Assembly (NCBI GenBank): GCA_012295275.1 | Contig: CM022672.1 | Location: forward strand, 27,094,001 to 27,158,000 | Direction of reading: 5' to 3' | From: Chrysomallon squamiferum | Lineage: Eukaryota > Animalia > Mollusca | Length of the DNA stretch: 64,000 nucleotides | Part shown: piece by piece, positions 56,865 to 64,000 of the stretch | Layout: each line of letters starts with the position of its first letter | Position numbering within the stretch: position 1 is the first letter of the stretch | The notes under the pieces: model-generated | The model's database searches: none | Told to the model about the DNA's origin: nothing | Seen by the model: only the letters and a program-made list of their open reading frames with translations | Position numbers and translations under genes: made by a program

Positions 56865-59238
56865 ATAATAATATTTTAATATATGGACATTTGTATTACA
56901 AAATAAGTTATCAACAGTGTCTGAATAAAATAACAAAAGAAATGTCAAAAAACACACAAAACAATAAGCTTCATAGGAGTACCTGAATATAAACAAATAA
57001 AATAAAATAAAATAAAATAAGAAAGAAAGAAAAAAACACTACTAAATCTTTTAAAATGTAACTTCCTTATATTTCCAATACAGATGATATATAATTAACT
57101 GTAAACCTTTTCTCAAAAGTAAGTATATTTTCAGTCTGCTCCATTCAGTATGATATATTTTGAATTTAGTGTTGTTGATATATGTGGAACTTTTTCATAT
57201 TTAATATTTTATTTTTTAAATATTAAAAAATAAAATAAAATAAAATAAACAACAATAAAATATCTCAAACAAACAAAATAAAGAGATGAAAAAACTGAAA
57301 AAGAAATTAATCAATATTATAGTGATAAAGAATATGTTTTTCCCCATTTCACTATTTGAAAATTGAATATAAACACAAAGCTCCAAAGAAATCAATAATG
57401 AATCTCTCTTCAGTTATAAATTCGTAATCAGTATCATAATAATTATAATAAAGAATAATTACAGAAATCTGAAACCATTTTTCTTTCAAAATATATTGCC
57501 ACATAATGTATTTTAAAACGTAATCTAACATAAAACATTTTCTACCCAAATTCTGTTGCTTATTAACTTCTTATGTGTCAGGTAATAAAAAATCTATAAC
57601 TCTTAACTTATATCTTTACGTGTGACATGCAATACACTCAATGCCATGTCAAGCAGAGGAAATAACAAAGTGTGGTAGTTACCAGTCAACAGTGTCTATA
57701 GAGAAAAAGCCCCAGGGATCAGTAAGCAAAAGTATATTGATCTTTTTTCTTTCTTTTTTTCAAACCAGTGGTCATTGTATAGAGTAGTCAAAGAGCTGGG
57801 TGGCTCAAGGAATGTATTGCGTTAGGTTTTGACATTGATTAGTCGCTGTTGATTAGCTTACAAAAGCCATGAATTAATGAACAAGCCAACCCAGAGTTAA
57901 TCGGATATACAGGTGTTTGATATGAATAATTGAATATGCTTACATAAATACTTAGATTGCATTGTTTCCTTTCAGTTGAACAAATATTAATTTTTGTGTT
58001 TGTTTTATTTTTGTTACACAGAAAATCTACAAAATAATTTACTTTTCACTTATTTTATCACATTTTAATTTTTAAGTAAAAATGAAACGAGGAAGAAATG
58101 TAGATTATGAGTCTAGATTTCTTGGTTCCACATAATATTATGTAATAAATGAGCAGACGCAAGAATTAATATTTTCATATAATAATACTATGATTTGAGG
58201 TTTTCATGGGAACAAAACCAAAGTGTCTGTTTCAACAACCAGTATATTCGGAAAATTCAATATGTTATTGTTTTTTTTTTAACAAAATTACTAAAACTTT
58301 AACTTAATAACAATTATTAGGGAAATCTTAGGTTCGATATTAGGCATAATCTGTTAGATGTATATATATGTGTGTGTGTGTGTGTGTTTTTGTTTACGTT
58401 AAAATGCTTTATAAATTCACACTATAAAATGAGATTAATATATATACCATTTGAAATTTTTTATTTGAAACAAATGTTTTATAGTCATAAAAAACAAAAA
58501 TAAAAAATCATCGAAAACAAAGAAACACCTCAAAGCAACAACAACTCTTGGAAAACAAACAAAAAAAGAGAAACTGCTTTTTAACAGAAAATGTCACAAT
58601 TAAGATTATCAAACAAAAATACACGTATAGGTTTTTAAACTGAAAATCATTAATAATTATATAATATTCACTGGGTTGGTGACAACTTGCTGACTGTAAT
58701 AAAAAATAAATATTTTGAGTGGATTATCTAGGCAACATGTTTGCTTATCATTCCAATATAAACAGCATATTGTCATTGATATATGACCTTCTCTTTATTA
58801 ATAGTTTTGAAACTGCTGGAAAAAATAAAAAATAAAAAATGTATATATGTGTGTGTGTTAATTTAAAATAAATAACACTGAAATCTGTCTTGTAAAGTGC
58901 TTTTGGTATCTGATATGTTAAATATTCTGTCTATGACTAAATTAAAGTGTCTTTGTACATTAATATTTGATCTGAAGATAAAATGTAATAAGGAAATATT
59001 TTTTTATTAGACAAAAACTATCACAAAAGGGTCAACCAGAGTTTCTGTTTAATAGTTTTGTTAACATTTTCAGATAGAACAATTTTTTATTATTATTATT
59101 ATTATTATTACTATATATTTTTTTTATATTTTTTTTTATTTTATTTTTTGATAATTGTGTGCCTAACAGTAACTGATGTGTGTTTTCCTGGAAAGTTGTA
59201 AAATCCTGGGACAGGCATAGAGCAAAAACTTTGAACCC

Positions 59239-59274
<36 letters not shown>

Positions 59275-61006
59275 TTGCTTGGAAATCGGGTTACATATAA
59301 AATTAGGACAGATACAGTATTGTTAAAATGGTAAATAAACCAACAAATGTTCATCATGGTTTCTATGTTATGATGTGAGCATGTTTCTGTTGCTATACAT
59401 CAGCTATAGTTCAGATTTTGTGTTATCACAGTTTCACTGTATAATACAAATTATATTTGATTTGGTCAAGTTACGCAATGAATTCAGTGTAAATACTTTA
59501 ACATGCAGTGTGTGTTGTCTTAAATGTCAGCATTTCTTTGCATGGAGTAATGTTTTGAACTATGGACAATAAAATAATGCTGGAGTTATCAGAGCTGGTA
59601 TAATGCTACTGAATGCGTCGAAGCAGATCTGTTTAACACAGTGGATATATTGAATAGTTGTTAACGACGCATGGCGTATAACAATGAAAAACCAATGAGA
59701 GGATTAGGCCATTGTAATCTACAAACTTATTTCTTGAGTATCTAAAGACAGAAGCCATTCATGTGTGTGTTTATGAATTGCTGATTTTATGTCATGGATA
59801 TTATTGGCCACAAAAAAAAACCACTTGCACCTTAGTAACTGCTTTAAATTATATAATTCAGTGGTGTTGTGAATCTCCCCAAGAAACAAAATAAAAACAA
59901 TAATAATTAAAAATATATATGTTATAAATTTTTTTGTAAAAGATGTTAAAAATCAGACTTGAAATATCATTGTTTTCTCTACATGTTATTTGTTTTTTTT
60001 AAAATTATTTGTTGTTTGTTTGTAGTAGCTTGTTGTTGAAATTCAGCTCATCACAAATGAATAATACAAAAATAACAACAAAAGCAGAAACACCGAGCCT
60101 AGAAAACTATATGAAAAAAAATATATAAAACAAATTACCAATAATAACAGTGAATTTTAAAATTAAAAAAATATATATTAAAAAACAGAGAAAATAAATA
60201 AATCAAATTAAGTAAATAATTAAAAAAAAAAAAAAAATCAAATAAATTAAATGAAAAATACCAACAATACAATAATAATGAAACTAAATGAAATAAAATA
60301 AACTGTGATTTCATTGTTGGCATAATTGACATATGAATATTGTGTTCTCAGAAATACTCCATCATTACAAACTAAAAATAACTTTCTTGTTTCTTTCAAA
60401 CAACCTCTATCACCATTATTTCTAATGATGTTGATAGAGTATGTGTCTCTGAGGGCAAAATGGTTATAGATTATATCTGCTATGACTGTTTTGTTAAATG
60501 CAGAGTGTTGTATACCCAGTAGCTCAAAATCAATGATTATTTCCACGTTTGGTCAGTATGGAAATAAACATTTATTAGTATATCAGAGGCTTATGTAAAT
60601 AAACAAAATTAATTATTATCATTATTTTTGGGGACATGGATTAAGATATACCAAGATATTAAATTAAATTATTTTATGTGATGTAAAATTAGAAATTGTT
60701 GAAATTTATGGAATTTATAGTTAAGTGTAGTGGCTGCTATGCATCTTCATTTAAATGAGTATTACTTTTAACATGAACAAGTACAACAGCAGAATTATAT
60801 TACATAATAAAACAAAAAATCCAGAATAAATAGAAATTGGTTTGAAATAATAATAATAATAATTTATGTTTTAAATGGTAATTGGACAGAACTTTAAACT
60901 CATCAAGATATCAGTTTGGACCAAATACAATGTGCATGTGTGTCTATGTGTGGGCAAGTGTGTGTATGTGTTCTATATTCATTTATGTATTTTAATAGGC
61001 ATAACA

Positions 61007-61044
<38 letters not shown>

Positions 61045-63398
61045 TATATTTGTTTGTGTATGTGTTTGTGTGTCTCTGTGTGTGTGTATATGTATATGTA
61101 AATGATTGTTTCTGTTTCAGAATCATGATGGGGCTGATGATTTGTTGGCTGCTGAGCAAGCTCATCTAATCAACTCTAAGAAGACTCTTGAAGCTCAACT
61201 CAAATCTGTCCTACAGCAATTACAGGTATGACACTGAATTGTGACACAATATTTCTGTGGTTGAATTACCAGCAGTCTGCTCAATCATTTTATATTTTGT
61301 TAAAGGAAATATATTTATTAGCAAATACATCATTAAAAAACTTAATATACAGAAGGCATATGCCAATATATTTGATATATTATTTTTTACATTAATGGCA
61401 GCTCCTTTAAAGGCACAAAACAAGAAAACAAACTTGAGTAGGAGCCTATAGTTAAAATACTAACCAAAAAATATTTTATAGGAATAGCAAATAATGCTTT
61501 TAAAAAGACAGTTCCTCAGAATTTTTACATATAGCAGTTGATTTATTGTGCTTGTTTTGATGTAAATATAATACTTTATAACCCAGACCTTGGGCAATGC
61601 TAGGAAGAGGTTGTTTGCAGTAGTGCAGGAAAGAAGTAGAGTTCTTGATCTTTTATGCCATGCACTATCATCCATTGATTATGCTCGTAATGTGAGTGGG
61701 AACCACCACGAAGAAGATGAGGACCCTTGCCAGAATGGACCTTCCAATGCTGATGGACTAGGTCCTTACACTCCTGAATGTGACCATGCCCTAGCAGATG
61801 CTTGTGATGCCAGGGCAAGGTGTGCTTTCTTGCGCAGAGAGTCAGCAAACTTGATTGAATCCATACAGAATCTACAGAGGGCAGCTCACCAGTCCGTTAA
61901 CGATGGCCTCACCAGGAAGATGTGTGAAACAGTCAAACTGAAGGTAATGAAAACAGATGTTTTTATTTTTGATTAATTAATTATTCTTCTTATTAATAAT
62001 TATCATCATCATCTTTTGTTTATTATTACACATGTGCATATATCTAATCAGTAAATTGGCATTCATATACTTGTGTAAGTATTTTCACAAACACAACTGT
62101 ATAACTAAACAAAGAGTTGCAAAACTTATTAGACGTCAGTTTAAAATTTATGTGTTTATATGTAAAAAAAAAAATATATATATATATATTATTTATATAA
62201 CAAAATAAAGAAAAAGATAATGTTTTTATAATCTTTAGCAACAACTTGGTCTTGGATTGGGAGAGAATCGCCACGCACTGTTCAGAGCTCAGAGGTGGTA
62301 TGATGCCACAGACAATGCGAGAGGCTACACTTTGGTAAGACAAAACTTTCTTCATTTTACAAAAAAAAAAGATAAAAGATAAAAGATAAAATAAAAAATA
62401 AAAAATAATAATAATAAAAATAATAAAATAAAGAAAATTAAAAACAAACTAGTAATTACCACAGTAATGTATCAAATGATTTTTTTTGTTTTATAGTTTG
62501 TAACAGAATGTGTATAATTATATGTAATATTTATGACTGCATGAAAGACTTTAATGTATATATATATTATTTTTTTTTTTTTATAGCTTTATTTAATGTC
62601 AGATTCTTGAATTATTACAAACATCAGAGATAGATGAATTATAGTTTATCCTATTTTCATCGTATGAAAAATTCATTGTTTTATTAAGGTTTATTTCTGA
62701 TTACTTATTACAGGGTCCCATCATGAGTGCTGATGCAGCTACACGAGAACGTCTTGATCGCCCACTTGTTCGTGTTTTCCAGAGACATGCTGGCTCACAA
62801 GTTCCTGAAGCTCAGCATCTTATTAGGGTAAATAATTTTAAAAAATTGGTATTGTTTCACATTTGCTTTTATAACTGCTTACAAATGATATTTGTTCATC
62901 TGTCCTTAACTCACACATTCATAAAAAAATAAACCCCCAAAAACATTTTGCTTGAAATATCTGGTTTACATGGTCATGAATTATCGAAGCAAAAGTAAGC
63001 ATATTATAATGTTAACTGTAACTACATCAGAATCAAAACAGATTGCTGTAAGGTTTAATTGTTGATAATTTGAACATTAAAGTTTTAAAAAACACAAGGA
63101 TATATATATATACACACACACACGCAAATACACATTTAAATATCCAGTCAGTATTGAAATGGGAAACATTTATAAAAACAAAATTTTCTAAAACAAAATA
63201 TTGATTATACAGGCTGGAAATGGTCTTCTGCAATCACTCACTGCTACCAGCCAAAACATTGGCCTTCTCCGACTAGCACATCAAAAGTTAAGAGGTGACA
63301 TTAAAAGCAAGAGTGCTGGAATGGAATATGACGGTGATGCTCTTCGTTTGCGTAGGAGACATTCTGATCATCGTTGGACTCTAGGCAATGCATTCTAA
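56090..63398 (+). CDS. TEKTL1: Tektin-like protein 1 (CCDC105), whole gene span, 6 coding exons, 406 aa
   Basis: Exons 56090-56452, 61121-61225, 61587-61943, 62239-62334, 62714-62827 and 63213-63398 join in frame (1221 nt, all phase 0). Tektin-like coiled coils with the loop RDYRPPPEK|NHDGAD; GPYTPEC; CCDC105-type RERLDRPLVRVFQRHAGSQVPEA. Confidence 0.88.
56824..56862. repeat. (TG)n microsatellite in TEKTL1 intron 1
   Basis: Seen directly. Confidence 0.95.
61121..61225 (+). CDS. TEKTL1: TEKTL1 exon 2 (absent from the ORF track)
   Basis: tttcag acceptor; NHDGADDLLAAEQAHLINSKKTLEAQLKSVLQQLQ; GTATGA donor. Confidence 0.9.
61587..61943 (+). CDS. TEKTL1: TEKTL1 exon 3
   Basis: TLGNARKRLFAVVQERSRVLDL...GLTRKMCETVKLK; GTAATG donor. 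Confidence 0.92.
62239..62334 (+). CDS. TEKTL1: TEKTL1 exon 4 (absent from the ORF track)
   Basis: ctttag acceptor; QQLGLGLGENRHALFRAQRWYDATDNARGYTL; GTAAGA donor. Confidence 0.9.
62714..62827 (+). CDS. TEKTL1: TEKTL1 exon 5
   Basis: GPIMSADAATRERLDRPLVRVFQRHAGSQVPEAQHLIR; GTAAAT donor. Confidence 0.92.
63213..63398 (+). CDS. TEKTL1: TEKTL1 exon 6 with stop
   Basis: AGNGLLQSLTATSQNIGLLRLAHQKLRGDIKSKSAGMEYDGDALRLRRRHSDHRW...; TAA. Confidence 0.92.
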   Translation, partial: AGNGLLQSLTATSQNIGLLRLAHQKLRGDIKSKSAGMEYDGDALRLRRRHSDHRWTLGNAF

Positions 63399-64000
63399 AA
63401 CATTAGTAGAGTATCAGTATTTAGTCCAAACTTGCCAGCTTATATTTATTACAGACCATTCAGTATTAACATAGCTTTGTTATTCAGGCTTTTGATTCTG
63501 TATATCATCAGAACAGTTTGTTATATTTGTTGTCTTCTTTTTCTATTTTTAAAACAGTCTTTTGTTAGTATGAAGATTCATATGAAAGTAGTATTTTTAT
63601 TATTGTGATTAGCTTTTTAATTAAGGCAAAGAATTATAGTTAGCATGAAGTTTCTAGTGATGTTAGAATCTTATTTATGTTAGTGGTATAATAATGAATT
63701 AACAAACAAAACAAACAAGAAAAGAAACTGAAGGATTTTTGGGAGTTGTTATCATGTATTATAAACCAGAGTTGTGCACAGTTATTTTGCAGTGGGATTG
63801 TTACAGTATAAATAGTAGCAAAATATTTCACAATGTCATGCACAATGTTTTTGTTTTTTGGTGTTTTAAAAAAAGAGATAAAAAAAGAGAGAGATAGTGA
63901 TCAATATTGTGCTGTGACTGGTATTTTTAAAGTATTTTGATTAATTTAATTTATTACTTTGTATGCTTTGAAATGAAATGAAAAACTGTTTTAGGTGCTT

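Overview
This is AT-rich, microsatellite-dense eukaryotic (metazoan) genomic DNA. The spliced genes and protein families suggest an invertebrate, plausibly a mollusc (inference only). I assembled four complete intron-containing genes by hand, with consistent splice phases: (1) an ankyrin-repeat + SOCS-box (ASB-type) gene, + strand, 4221-8354, 6 exons, 349 aa; (2) SET/TAF-I (NAP-family histone chaperone, I2PP2A), - strand, 15928-12104, 8 exons, 273 aa; (3) a phostensin/taperin-family PP1-binding protein, - strand, 52912-26517, 3 exons, about 850 aa, with a 22.5 kb first intron; (4) TEKTL1/CCDC105 (tektin-like), + strand, 56090-63398, 6 exons, 406 aa. The best-supported points of interest are a textbook U12-type (minor spliceosome) intron in SET, a TCT/5'TOP-like start and NRF1/YY1 motifs at SET, and an RFX X-box plus CCAAT box upstream of the ciliary gene. 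The human homologues of three genes map to MHC-paralogon regions (6p21/9q34/19p13). I recognised no transposase, CRISPR array, rRNA or tRNA. Most short ORFs in the track are microsatellite or antisense artefacts. I found no convincing evidence of a wholly new biological system; the speculative leads below are flagged as such.
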